Assembly: GCA_002811645.1 (NCBI GenBank)
Contig: PDIP01000030.1
Coordinates: 263,177-327,176 of the forward strand
From: Corallochytrium limacisporum Hawaii
Taxonomy: Eukaryota > Protista > Pluriformea
Direction: 5' to 3'
Length of the DNA stretch: 64,000 nt
A program made the translations under genes and the position numbers. This document shows, one piece after another, positions 1-10,460 of the stretch (its first letter is position 1; every line of letters starts with the position of its first letter). The notes below the pieces were generated by a model. It ran no database searches, was not told the origin of the DNA, and was given only the letters and a program-made list of their open reading frames with translations.

Positions 1-622
1 CTACACAGTTCTGGAACCAGCCAGCGCCGCCACCCGCGCAGGACGGAGTTAAAATTTATGGTGTGTAGATCGATGGAGAACAAACAAGCGGCCAGCGAAT
101 ATTTTCTTCCGGGTATTCTCTCAAATCTTCCCGATTCGCATTTTTCTTGGGCGGGCAGCAGTGAGAGTGTTTGCGGTTTGATCCGGTGGATTCTGTTCGC
201 TGTTGACAAGGGATACTAGGAGTGTCAAGATTCTCTTTGTTGTGTGTGTGTGTACTAGGCCGTGTTGCGAACCCGTGGAGCAGAAATCTTTGGCCTCCAC
301 AGCCCCGCTGATTTCATACACCAACGGGGGATAAAAAAAGCCGGTGGTCCCTAGGAAATCGTGGTGGGTTTTGGAAAGTCAGTGTGTCGGCACTTTGCAA
401 AAGAGGAAGGACATGGCGTTTGGCGCGGCGGTCAAAACCAGTGGGAAATGAAGACAAGGTAGATCAGAAAAAGTAGCGGAAATACTCACTGATTTCACTG
501 GCCCTGCATACTGGTAAATAGCGGTCTACTGTGTTCGTAAACGTATTGCACAACGACCTTGGGCCCTTTGTCGATATCGAGGTTCAGACAGGGATATGTT
601 ATAGGCTGGAACGCCAATAATC

Positions 623-2611
623 ATGGACCTTACATTTTATTACAACGATCGGGACTGTGTAATTCAATTGCCCGAGGATGGCAGTGGTGACGATCTTCTT
701 GAAATCCACAAGGTACTGAAGGAGGCCTTCGGTATCGAGGAAGACGCCATGCTAATGCTCTTTTCGAAGGACAGTCAGCTTGAAATGCTCCAGGAATACA
801 CAGACTTCAAGCGGTGGAATGAGAACGGTGTTAGCAACATTACTGTCAAGCTCAAGGAACCAGACGTGGATTCACAGGAAGGTGTCGCACAAGACGACGT
901 CCTGGCGCAAATGCAGCACCAGCGCATGCAGCAGCAATTGCACCAAAAGGCACCGCCCAGACCTCCGAAGCAAGACTCTGTCACATCCATAGAAGTTCCT
1001 AGCGAACCCACACATATACCATACCTCAAAAAGCGTACAGACAGTCTAGAATTCCTTGCACAGGGTAAGGGAGAGGCACCAAATGAAAGCATTCTCAACG
1101 CAGTGCGTACTCTGGCGGTGAAGGTCAACACCGTCGCTGGCAAGGTCGCATACCAGCCCTTCCTGATTGATTCCAACTGTTTCTACCGGGCAACAACCTA
1201 TGTTTTTATGGAGCGTGCAATCCTAACCGGAGCAGGTAGTCAGCTAGCTAACCTTTTGAACAAAGTTAAATGGATGAAGGAAAAGGGAACGCCAAAGATT
1301 CAGCAGGACACCTTTGAACAGACTAGCTTCATCTTGAATACCACGTTGAAACAGATGGCTGAAGCTAGCAAGCAATCTGATAAGGAACGGGACAACGCTC
1401 TCATGAAATTGGCGAGGAACCTAGCTGAGGTATGGAACTATGAGAATGCCACACCGCAGCTCCACCACCTCGACCGGGCGCTTATGCTTATGAGCAGGGG
1501 CCTCACTGTCAATACGATTGCTGCCAATTTAGCTAGTCGCTACGGGTTCTACCTTAACGAATTGGAGAATATGCAGCAGGTTATGGGATGGTGTCTGGAT
1601 AACATTCTGCGCTGGGACCACCGAGTACCTCAACCGTTGGCTGTGGACGCGTTTGCGCGCGCCCTTGACATGCACATCTTGCTTCTACAGCCCCAGGGCG
1701 CAGACGACAGTGGTGTTGTACTGGACGTGTCTTTATTTGGATACCAAGGGGATACAAAGCCGCAGCGGTCGAATACTTGTTGTCTCCTGTTAGTATTCCA
1801 CTCGTTTGTGCGCATTAGTGTGAGCAGTGACGGTTTCGACCGCCTGTTGGGACAGGCGCGTCCCAAGTTCTTGACTCCCCAGGAGCAACAGGGTCTCTTT
1901 GGCAGCGTCAATGGCCAGGAAGCTGCCGATGATGGTGAGGCACAACAGGCTGACGAAATATCATCTCTGCATCCCGAAGACAAATCTAATCCGATGCGGA
2001 AATCCGGCACTAGCGTAGAAAACATTCAGACCTCATTGAATTCGGTGGATAAGTCAACATTGAATCTGCGGGATCAGAATACGTGGAAGCCATATGATAA
2101 AGTAGGACCGGCAACTTCTGAACCCGGTGAAGCAGCCGACCAGGAAACCGCTGCCGCAACGCCACCGCCGTTGTTGCGCAGCGCTACGGACAACATGAAC
2201 GACTGGGTAACGCAGACTGGCAACATTGACGTCTCGCCAGAATCGGAGGACGACGCCAAAGCGGAGGCCGCCCCGGCTCGGCCACCACGCCGCAAAGGTC
2301 ACGGTAACAGCGAGAATGCGCCTAAGGAAGTCCAGAGCTCGGTGTCCGGGGACGAGAAGGCGCGTCTGAGGAAGTCACATCCCCTTGGTCTCAGTAGTGA
2401 TCATATTCTCATCGACGATCCCAGCAATGCTCTCGGTGAGGCAGTACACGATGACGCCCCCTTGGTCTCAGTTAAGGAAAATACCAATTCGAATTCAGAC
2501 ACTGTGACCATAAGCAAGAAGGAGTACGAGGAGCTATTGGAGAAGGTAGAGCGCCTGAAGATAATTGAAGACCAACTGAACGCTTTGAAGGCCCTGACAG
2601 GCGGCAAGTAA
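623..2611 (+). CDS. Otubain-like (peptidase C65/OTU-fold) deubiquitinase-like protein with possible N-terminal ubiquitin-like domain and low-complexity C-terminal tail
   Basis: 662-aa ORF. IDSNCFYRATTYVFME resembles the otubain Cys motif (GDGNCFYRAFxFxYLE). Downstream LMSRGLT..RYGFYL..WCLDNIL..AFARALDMHILL..LLLVFH follows the otubain C-terminal pattern. C-terminal coiled coil (EYEELLEKVERLK). Confidence 0.6.
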   Translation: MDLTFYYNDRDCVIQLPEDGSGDDLLEIHKVLKEAFGIEEDAMLMLFSKDSQLEMLQEYTDFKRWNENGVSNITVKLKEPDVDSQEGVAQDDVLAQMQHQRMQQQLHQKAPPRPPKQDSVTSIEVPSEPTHIPYLKKRTDSLEFLAQGKGEAPNESILNAVRTLAVKVNTVAGKVAYQPFLIDSNCFYRATTYVFMERAILTGAGSQLANLLNKVKWMKEKGTPKIQQDTFEQTSFILNTTLKQMAEASKQSDKERDNALMKLARNLAEVWNYENATPQLHHLDRALMLMSRGLTVNTIAANLASRYGFYLNELENMQQVMGWCLDNILRWDHRVPQPLAVDAFARALDMHILLLQPQGADDSGVVLDVSLFGYQGDTKPQRSNTCCLLLVFHSFVRISVSSDGFDRLLGQARPKFLTPQEQQGLFGSVNGQEAADDGEAQQADEISSLHPEDKSNPMRKSGTSVENIQTSLNSVDKSTLNLRDQNTWKPYDKVGPATSEPGEAADQETAAATPPPLLRSATDNMNDWVTQTGNIDVSPESEDDAKAEAAPARPPRRKGHGNSENAPKEVQSSVSGDEKARLRKSHPLGLSSDHILIDDPSNALGEAVHDDAPLVSVKENTNSNSDTVTISKKEYEELLEKVERLKIIEDQLNALKALTGGK

Positions 2612-2751
2612 GGATGGGCAGTTGCGGAGTCCCAGTACGATTAAATGTGTAACTTTCATATTGTTGGCGTATCTTATATTGTAAATGATTGGGGTTATAT
2701 ACAAGGGACACGTGCGTGCCGGTGATTGCCCGAGTCATGCACAATCCACAA

Positions 2752-5136
2752 TTAGGTGGTGAGAATATTGGGCAGGGCGGCGGCATCGCTGCCAAAGAAT
2801 GAAGCCTTGCAGTCCGGCACGGTCTCAAAGCCAGGAAGGCACTTGAGGATGCCCTCGTCATCTGGCTGGTAGGGGTACAGAATGAGATGACCCTTCATAT
2901 CAACGGGCTTCTCCTGTAGGAAGAGCTTGGCGTTCTCCTCGCACACCTCACGTACAGCAGCCACGCATTCCGGCTTGGCCGGGTCACGATACTCCTCTTT
3001 CAGACCGTTGAGGTGCTCATTAAATAGAGCCATGCGGAAGCCGTACACCTGTCCGCGAGGGGTGGCACCATGCTTGACATGGTGGTGCATCTGGTAGCCC
3101 CCCATGCAGATCTCTGTGTCACGATTGGCACCCATGGAGCGCTGGTTGATGTTGGCAGAGCCAATGATGACGTACTCGTCATCGACAATCATCAGCTTGG
3201 AGTGCACGTAGATCATGAAGCGACGGGTTTTGGCGAGCGTTTGGCCCATGCCCTTCTTGGCCACTCCACTTGCTTGGGATCCCTCCTCCGTTTCGCGGTT
3301 CACGGGACAGTAGAAAGTCAAATAGTCAGTGGCCTTCTTGTCACTGCCAACTTCCTTGAGGCAGGCGTGGATCATCTTGTACATGAACTGAATGGTGTTG
3401 TACTGCCAGTGCAGAATCTCTTGGATGGTCGCACTCTCTGGGTCTCCCTCCGGATAAATCGGAATCACAATGTAGGCGCAGAAGTCCTCACCGGCGCGGA
3501 TCTTCTCGCAACACTTGAGGGAAATCTCAAGGGGCACAAGCTGGCACGCCTCCATATCTTGGTGGCTGTCCCAGGCATGGCAAGAACCCAGGAAGTACTG
3601 GTTCTCGATGTAGATGTGCTTCTTGGCTCGGCGAATCTGGTGCACATAGGCCCGATGAATACTATCGTCGACGTGACGACCCTTTTTCAGGTTCAGATAC
3701 TCTTCCTTTAGGCCCTCATCAGCGTGCTTACCCATCTGGGCACTGCGACCGTCGATACTGCGCAAAATCTGCACAGCCCATTCCTCCTGGTTGTGGTGTA
3801 TATCCTTCGCAGGCTGGATGAGGTTCTTGACGTGCGTGAGATGGACCAGATCGCGGTGGTGGAGAAGTTTTACCTGCTTGTGCCAACGTTCCTCAAAATT
3901 GATCATGATATCACGCGCAGCCTGGCCCTCCACGCGGGAGTGAATGTCGTGCCAGGGCTGGCGTGGGCCGACGGTAGGGTCCAATTCGTAGCAATGATTG
4001 GCACTGTCGCCTTTGTGCACACCGGTCAGAGTGCGCCACAAGGGATGGGAACCATCATCGTAGCGACCGTCAGTGAGGTCGATACCGCCGCAGTAGGCAA
4101 TGATGTGGCGCACATTGCATGCCTCGACACTCTTGGGAGCGTCACATACCACGAGCTTCTGGTGATGGGTGAAGAGACCGCCGACACTCTTCGATTCTAG
4201 CATGCTGTTGCTCTCACCGCCAGCACGTTCAACATGGAACATTTTGACTTTTGTCTTCTTGAAGTAGGCGAAGGTCTCCTCATCATGGGTGCCCATGACG
4301 CCACCTGTGCTGATGATGCCCTTGTTGCTGCTCAGATCATTCCAGACCAGAATGCAGATCCTCAGACCATCCTCAGCCCTCTGCTTAAGCACCTCCCCCA
4401 GGGTCTCTCCTTTACCCTCAGCGTCACGATTCATAATCAGATCGGCCCAAACTGCCCAGCCGGCGATATAGATGAACTCTTTGGCCTCCTTGATGCTATC
4501 CCACATATCATCCCAGCAGCTGCGATCGTCGTACACGGCATTGCCGTCCAAGTTCAGGGGGAACTGCTTCAAACGTTCTGCCTGCTCAGGATTCACACGA
4601 GCATCATGGTACAGGCGAACCGAGCAGCCAGTGCGAATGGGGTAGTAAACGTGGGGCACTTCAGGAGTCATTTTGGTCTTCTCAACGGTCACAAACTCGA
4701 TCTCCAGGTGTAGCTCACCCTTCTCATTCTCGCCATTCTCCTTCTTCAGGGGGAACCAACCATCCTTTGGCTCGCCGGTGGCCAGTTCCTTCATGTCGAA
4801 CCACACAAAGCCCAGATGATCAACACCAGCAGCGTCATCATCCTTCACACTGATCTCCAGTTTGTCGCCGATGTCGGCAATGGGGATCTCATACTTTTCG
4901 TTGAAGTGGGGGTCAAGAGTGTTGTCGTGGCGCTTGGTCTTGATTAGACGGTTGTGTCCAATGCGTACAGTAACGTAAGGATCACTCAAGTCGCGGGTCA
5001 CCTTGGACAACATCCTGCCAAGTTTAGAGGGCAGGAGGGCGTCCGCATTGCGAAGGTGCCTGGCAGCAATGATGTTGATCTTGAGGGTGCCATGCCACAC
5101 ATCTTTGTCTCCGAGAGGCTTAGTAGAGGACGGCAT
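2752..5136 (-). CDS. PLD: Phospholipase D, plant-type (C2 domain + two HKD motifs, PLD alpha/delta-like)
   Basis: N-terminal C2 domain (LKINIIAARHLRNAD..SDPYV..DPHFNE). HKD1 is THHQKLVVCD, HKD2 is YVHSKLMIVDD..GSANINQRS. Also contains PRQPWHDIH, IYIENQYFLG and the plant-PLD-like C-terminus LPNILTT. First ATG is at 5136 (the ORF track starts at a TTG, 5154). Confidence 0.95.
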   Translation of the reverse strand: MPSSTKPLGDKDVWHGTLKINIIAARHLRNADALLPSKLGRMLSKVTRDLSDPYVTVRIGHNRLIKTKRHDNTLDPHFNEKYEIPIADIGDKLEISVKDDDAAGVDHLGFVWFDMKELATGEPKDGWFPLKKENGENEKGELHLEIEFVTVEKTKMTPEVPHVYYPIRTGCSVRLYHDARVNPEQAERLKQFPLNLDGNAVYDDRSCWDDMWDSIKEAKEFIYIAGWAVWADLIMNRDAEGKGETLGEVLKQRAEDGLRICILVWNDLSSNKGIISTGGVMGTHDEETFAYFKKTKVKMFHVERAGGESNSMLESKSVGGLFTHHQKLVVCDAPKSVEACNVRHIIAYCGGIDLTDGRYDDGSHPLWRTLTGVHKGDSANHCYELDPTVGPRQPWHDIHSRVEGQAARDIMINFEERWHKQVKLLHHRDLVHLTHVKNLIQPAKDIHHNQEEWAVQILRSIDGRSAQMGKHADEGLKEEYLNLKKGRHVDDSIHRAYVHQIRRAKKHIYIENQYFLGSCHAWDSHQDMEACQLVPLEISLKCCEKIRAGEDFCAYIVIPIYPEGDPESATIQEILHWQYNTIQFMYKMIHACLKEVGSDKKATDYLTFYCPVNRETEEGSQASGVAKKGMGQTLAKTRRFMIYVHSKLMIVDDEYVIIGSANINQRSMGANRDTEICMGGYQMHHHVKHGATPRGQVYGFRMALFNEHLNGLKEEYRDPAKPECVAAVREVCEENAKLFLQEKPVDMKGHLILYPYQPDDEGILKCLPGFETVPDCKASFFGSDAAALPNILTT

Positions 5137-7058
5137 TTTCAAATGTTGTTTCAACCAGCCGATCTAGAGAACGTATCCAGAGGTCAGAATGGAAATGCGG
5201 CCTGCCACTGAAAGTCTTGCTCCTTCTTTTCTGAATTAGGTAGTCACGACCGAAGGCTGTCATCTCTACCGTGCAAGATGGTCGATATGCTGCAAGACTA
5301 TCGCAACGATGTCAAAGTTCCACTGCTGATATTTACTGAACGTGCGACAGCTTTGACAGCCAGCCTCGCGATTCAGGAACCAGGAATTTTCCGATGCCCT
5401 GTAGTGAACTCTAGTATGTTTTTGCTACACGTTCCAACGGGCCAAGAGCCTTGCATCTGCAAAGTAGAGTCGAGAGAACAACTCGCCGGTGTAGTATTGG
5501 TGTTCTGTGAGTTGATACTCATTTAGATCTGCGAATTATGCAATGTCCTCGCCATCGCCATAATTTCTTCCGTCCAGGATCCAAGCACTCGCCCTTCGTG
5601 CTCCACTGGGAATTTGTCAAGCTATTCAAGAACACTGCAATCATACCGGAATGGAAACAGTCCGCACAACCCAGCCGGTTCCGCAATACTTCTCGGCTGC
5701 TGTGCCATCGTACTTGCAGATCAATCCATCTGATACCGTCCACTGTTGTGTATTCCAATGCGGACTCGGGCGGGTTTCCTCTCCCATCAAATCTCAGATC
5801 CGAACAGCAGCACGGATTCTCTCCCGCTTGCCCATGTTCCGTAGATGCTGGGGTGGTACACAAAGGCCCCCCCCCTCCTCTCCCGTCCTATCGGGCACGA
5901 CAAGGGGGGGGGGAGGGGGGCAAGATCAGCCAGCCAGAGATTGCGGTGGTATCTTCGATAGCCCCGTAGGATTCCTGTGGAGAGAATTCGTTTCGGTTCC
6001 CCTGTGCACCCCTGCGCACCCGCGTTCTCGCCGGGTACCGGCCCCCCCCCCTCCCTTAGGGGGCGAGGGGGGAAATGCAATAAAAAAGTACCGTTCTTTC
6101 TTGTCTGTTTGTTTGTTTTTATTGGGGGAACAAAACATTCTCCGGTAAACCGGCCAAAAGGAAAGAACTTCGAATAGTTCTTTCCTCAGGTTTCCTATCC
6201 CCGTTCCCTCAAAATCTCACCCACAAGGGAAACTTCATAAAAAAAGTTGCAGCGTAACCGTTATACGTCACATTTGCAAAGAGAGAGCAAGAGAGAGCGA
6301 GAGAGGCAGAGAGGCCGAGGTGGCGGCGAGATGGGGGTTTTTCTTTCACTTTGCGAACCCCGAGGTTGGTTCCCGCTTTTTAGCAGAGGGCGATTTAGTT
6401 GTAGCGACTGACTCAGTGGGGGGGGTTGCCTTGATCTTGGCAGCACGGACACAGTCGGATCGGGAGTCCATTTATTCTGCGCTCATCGTCTTTGATAATT
6501 CAATATACTTTGGTGGAGACTTTGAAACGAGATGAGAGAGACCCGCTTTTAATACTTTTTCTTGTCTTGGGGTTCCCCTCAGTATGCGCCCGTGTGTTTA
6601 GGACCCGAGGCCAAGGGCCCCTGTGCGTTACCATATTCAAAGTACGGAAAGTAGAGAAGATTTGCCGCCTTTCCCAAGTGATCGTCGCCACCGGCGAGAC
6701 AGACAGAGGAAGGGCCGACGGCTGGGGTACGTGGCAGGGAGCTGGTCACTGCTTGGAATGCACTGGGTTTTTGGGGTTGTTAGTCGTTGACTTCCTTGCG
6801 GACGTCCTTCCCGATTTCTCTTTTGATTTCTTAGAATCCCTTTTAGTTACCGACATTAGGTAACCAGTGTCTGTCGCGCTCCATCACCAAGGTTTGTTCT
6901 CGACAGAAAGAAGGTATACAATAGCAAACATCATTCACGTGATAGGCATCCCATTTGCTGGTACCACTGCGACTGCGAGCAAGGAATAGAGTCTTTGGTG
7001 ATGACGTGAAATTCTTGTTCACACCAACCAACAGCAAAGAGAATAGACGAAGGGAAAT

Positions 7059-8960
7059 ATGGATTTCCTCAGCGTCTTGGTCGGGGGTGCCCCCAATCAG
7101 GAAGGCCTGACCAGCGATATGAGAGTGACCTTCCGAAGTGTCAACTTCTTCATTTATGTTGCTGGTATTATTTTGTTGATTTTGACTATCAATTCGGTAC
7201 TTATGGATTGGTATATGCTTTCGCATAATCTGAGCAGAGAAGGCACGGTACCGAACATGGACGATGCATCAGACTCAGCAAAGGTTGTGTACGCCGCACC
7301 ACAGTCCACCTCATTTCAGATAGCACATGCTGGCACCTCATTCAGTAGTCAAATTGTCAAGTCTATTCTTGCATCGGTGATTGGCTTGATTGTGACACGT
7401 TTCCTCCAGCTGAATGTGGCTATTGATGATATATTGTATCTGGGAAGACACGGTGACAGTGCAGGCACCGTCCTGAAAAGGAACTGGGGTCGCTTGCAGG
7501 AAAACATCAAAAGCATTCCGAGATACGCAATGGAGCACAAGGCACAGACCTTCCTCATCACGGGATCCATCCTAGCCGTGCCGATTACGTTGTATTTGTG
7601 GTCTTCGGACTATGGTCCGATACCGTTTGTTCTGCTCCTACTTGCAGTTGTTGTGTTCATGGTGTACGGACGCGCGTACCGCATGAAGGAGGAGGCTCGG
7701 GCTGCTATTGAATTGAGCATGCAAGCTCGGGGAAACAAAGATATTGTGGAGGCAGTACGCGACCTACAGTCTGTGGAGGATAGTAAGAAGGATGAAGATG
7801 TTTCCGTGATCGTGGCCGGTATGGTTGGAGCTGGCAAGACAAGCCTCGTAAAGGCATTGCTGGGCTCACAGAAGGGTGATGACATTGACAAGGCCCTGTA
7901 TGTGGGTATGATGGACGACGATGATACAGATGATGAGGATGTAGATCGGCAGGCGCCCCCGCGCAAGAAGGAACCTACTCGATTCCAAAGAGGACGGCTC
8001 ATCTTCTACGATCTTCCTGGACAAATGCGCGTCGACGGTCCTTCACGAGAGAAGATACCTCGGGCTGATGTGGGTATCATGGTTGTTGCTGGTTCTGCAG
8101 ACGCCAACCAGCGAGAGGCCTTCAGGGCTCTTCGGGCTGCCGTGGGTAAGGCGTACGTTGTCCGCAGCAAGTGTGACCGTGACCTTTTCCGAATGAAGCC
8201 CGACGCTCAGGAAAAATACCTCGAACAGTGGCAGACTACCTTGGACGTGAGCAAGGTACACATGGTTTGTGCCAACGGTTATGACGTGGATACCCGCGAT
8301 GATGTAGTGCTGGATATTCGAGGTGTGGACCAGCTGCGCTCTGAGATAGAGGCACATTTGAAGAAGAACCATAAGAGTATCGTCATGGCCCGCAAGGCTT
8401 ACGATAAGGATCGTCAGGCGCACGATGTGATTGTTAAAGCATGCAGTACAGCCTTCTCTCTTGCGATCGTGGATGGACATCCAGCTCACCTGGAGAAGGT
8501 ACTTGCTGACAATGCATCCAAACTTATGGAGATCTATACGGGTCAGCGGGACACAAAGGGTTTGGAACACAGGCTAGAAGTTGGACCCATTCCGTTCGCT
8601 TCATATATTCCAGGAGGTACAGCTATCATGCAGACCCTGATCTGTGCAGTACGTCTGCTTGCCATGCAAAAGGCTTTGAGTGCGCAAGCACGTACGGGAC
8701 TCGACCGGAACGCGCTAGAGAGCAATGCACAAAAGTACACAGAGGAGATGAGCGCCAGTGACATCCTGAACTGGGAATTCATAAGCACACTTGCGGAGAC
8801 CGCCACCTACCAGAGCGGAAATGTTATGGGAGGCATCTCTGCTGCTGTGGACCGAGTCATCGAAGCCAATCTGGGTCGTCAGATGTCCAAGATGGGCGTT
8901 GCCAACAGTATGAATGTGGGTGCCTCAACCAGCAGTGGGCGTATAACCGAGCTCAACTAG
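7059..8960 (+). CDS. Membrane-anchored TRAFAC P-loop GTPase (IRG/Era/MMR_HSR1-like) with helical C-terminal domain
   Basis: 633 aa with 3-4 N-terminal hydrophobic segments. G1 GMVGAGKTS, G2 T (EPT), G3 DLPG, G4 VRSKCD. Confidence 0.75.
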   Translation: MDFLSVLVGGAPNQEGLTSDMRVTFRSVNFFIYVAGIILLILTINSVLMDWYMLSHNLSREGTVPNMDDASDSAKVVYAAPQSTSFQIAHAGTSFSSQIVKSILASVIGLIVTRFLQLNVAIDDILYLGRHGDSAGTVLKRNWGRLQENIKSIPRYAMEHKAQTFLITGSILAVPITLYLWSSDYGPIPFVLLLLAVVVFMVYGRAYRMKEEARAAIELSMQARGNKDIVEAVRDLQSVEDSKKDEDVSVIVAGMVGAGKTSLVKALLGSQKGDDIDKALYVGMMDDDDTDDEDVDRQAPPRKKEPTRFQRGRLIFYDLPGQMRVDGPSREKIPRADVGIMVVAGSADANQREAFRALRAAVGKAYVVRSKCDRDLFRMKPDAQEKYLEQWQTTLDVSKVHMVCANGYDVDTRDDVVLDIRGVDQLRSEIEAHLKKNHKSIVMARKAYDKDRQAHDVIVKACSTAFSLAIVDGHPAHLEKVLADNASKLMEIYTGQRDTKGLEHRLEVGPIPFASYIPGGTAIMQTLICAVRLLAMQKALSAQARTGLDRNALESNAQKYTEEMSASDILNWEFISTLAETATYQSGNVMGGISAAVDRVIEANLGRQMSKMGVANSMNVGASTSSGRITELN

Positions 8961-9032
8961 GCAGACAAGCCCGGAAAACCACAATTTTAGATTTGTACAT
9001 AAGAATATACACTCTTACATCATAGTGAAATG

Positions 9033-9509
9033 TCATATACTGTAGTTCATGAATTGACCTGACGTGCCGGGCGGTAAAGGACATCCAGTGCTTTGGAATA
9101 CGCCACGTTTGCCGTTGGCGGCCTGACCAGCTTGAACTGCTGCTGCAATGTCTCCTGCCCCCATTCCATACTAGCGCATTTCGTTTGCTGCTGACTCCAC
9201 GACCGGCTGTGTGCTCTTGAACGCTGCTCGTGCTCCCTGGATGTCAGACAATGGATTAGTACGTTTGGAATTGCCGAGATCTGCGCTTGTGCTGGTTTCC
9301 AGCTGGTCTCGCTCCTGGGTCATGGTAGGGTCCTCGTTTGGGGAGATGTGGTCTTGAGGCGACAGCTGTGATGCCGACACCAGTGCGGAAACCTATGCTT
9401 GGTCATTGTGTCTTGCCTGATCCGCCAAAACCTGAACTTCTCGTCCACAAATGATTTTCGTTTCCAGCGGAGGTTGGTCGTCCGTTCCGAATGGAGCGCT
9501 GAACGACAT
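9033..9509 (-). pseudogene. Possible pseudogene: 159-codon reading frame interrupted by two in-frame TAG codons
   Basis: MSFSAPFGTDDQPPLETKIICGREVQVLADQARHNDQA*VSALVSASQL...ESAANEMR*YGMGAGDIAAAVQAGQAANGKRGVFQSTGCPLPPGTSGQFMNYSI*. TAGs at 9393-9395 and 9171-9173. No family recognised. Confidence 0.3.
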
Positions 9510-10256
9510 CTTGTGCCACTATCATTTCTGCGTATCTCCGACATGCTCCGACATGTCATGGCTTCAACGTTCGTTATGTCCCTCTTCTTATAGCAGTCGT
9601 GAATGTCAGCATACCGTGACTGTGAGATATCAAAAGTCTATGGATGCGATGGCTCAGGTGTCCAAAACACCCGCTATCAGGTGTGCGCAGGCAACCCACC
9701 CTCCCGGACAAACTGCGCTAGGTGGCTGGCCGGCGTTGGCAACAGCGAAACTGAACACCCAATACATAAATTCAAAATGATGATCTTGACCCGAGACTAG
9801 CTCTTGAACACGGCTGGAATGGGTGCGTGGCATCCACCGGCATGTAAGCGCTCCATTAACCAAGGCGGTAAAAATAGAAAACATGTACTGCACGTATGTA
9901 AAAATCATATGAAAATTAAAAGGTTTATGATTCAACACATTGACTGGGCATATGGTCTGCTTCAAGGCCAAAGCCCGAGGAAGCAAGATATCCCGCCATG
10001 ATGATTGATTTTGATATTATAACTGCTATGCCATTTTGTAAAATGATGTGATGTTATGAACCCCAGACAAAAAAGCTGTGATCCCAATCGAGTCGCAAAA
10101 ACTCCTTGTTGCCTGCTCCAGGAATGTATCCAGAGGTTATGCCTAAATGATTATGCGCTAATTCTGCTTTGAAAACACAGTGAACACCCGAAGCTCGTAT
10201 ATCCCATATTGGATACCTTCAATTACTCCGCACTGCCTTGCTACAATGTAATCAAT

Positions 10257-10412
10257 TTAGAGGTTCAGCTTAGTACGGCGCCAGTGGCGGCGCTTGGTGT
10301 TGTACCGGATGGTGTTGTCGGTGCGCATGCGGAACCAGTTGGGGATGGGCCGGTTCTGGCGGGCCTTCTTGCCCAGCGTCCGCTTAGTCTTGAAACTCTT
10401 GTGAGACGGCAT
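10257..10412 (-). CDS. RPL39: 60S ribosomal protein L39 (eL39)
   Basis: Translated by hand: [51 protein letters not shown], 51 aa, canonical eL39. Below the ORF-track length cutoff. Confidence 0.98.
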   Translation of the reverse strand: MPSHKSFKTKRTLGKKARQNRPIPNWFRMRTDNTIRYNTKRRHWRRTKLNL

Positions 10413-10418
10413 TGTGAT

Positions 10419-10460
10419 CTATGTCAGTAAATTCCCGTTACTAGACTATCCAGCCCTGAC
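10419..10460 (-). other. Candidate 42-nt 5' UTR intron of RPL39
   Basis: Minus strand reads CAG|GTCAGG...TTTACTGACATAG|ATCACAATG. A branch-point-like TACTGAC lies 2 nt before the AG, and the AG is 6 nt upstream of the start codon. Confidence 0.5.

Noticed and set aside
3070-4713. Long + strand ORFs inside PLD (similar ones inside DDC, MRPL3, VWA8, APEH)
   Set aside because: Antisense shadow ORFs caused by codon bias of the real genes.
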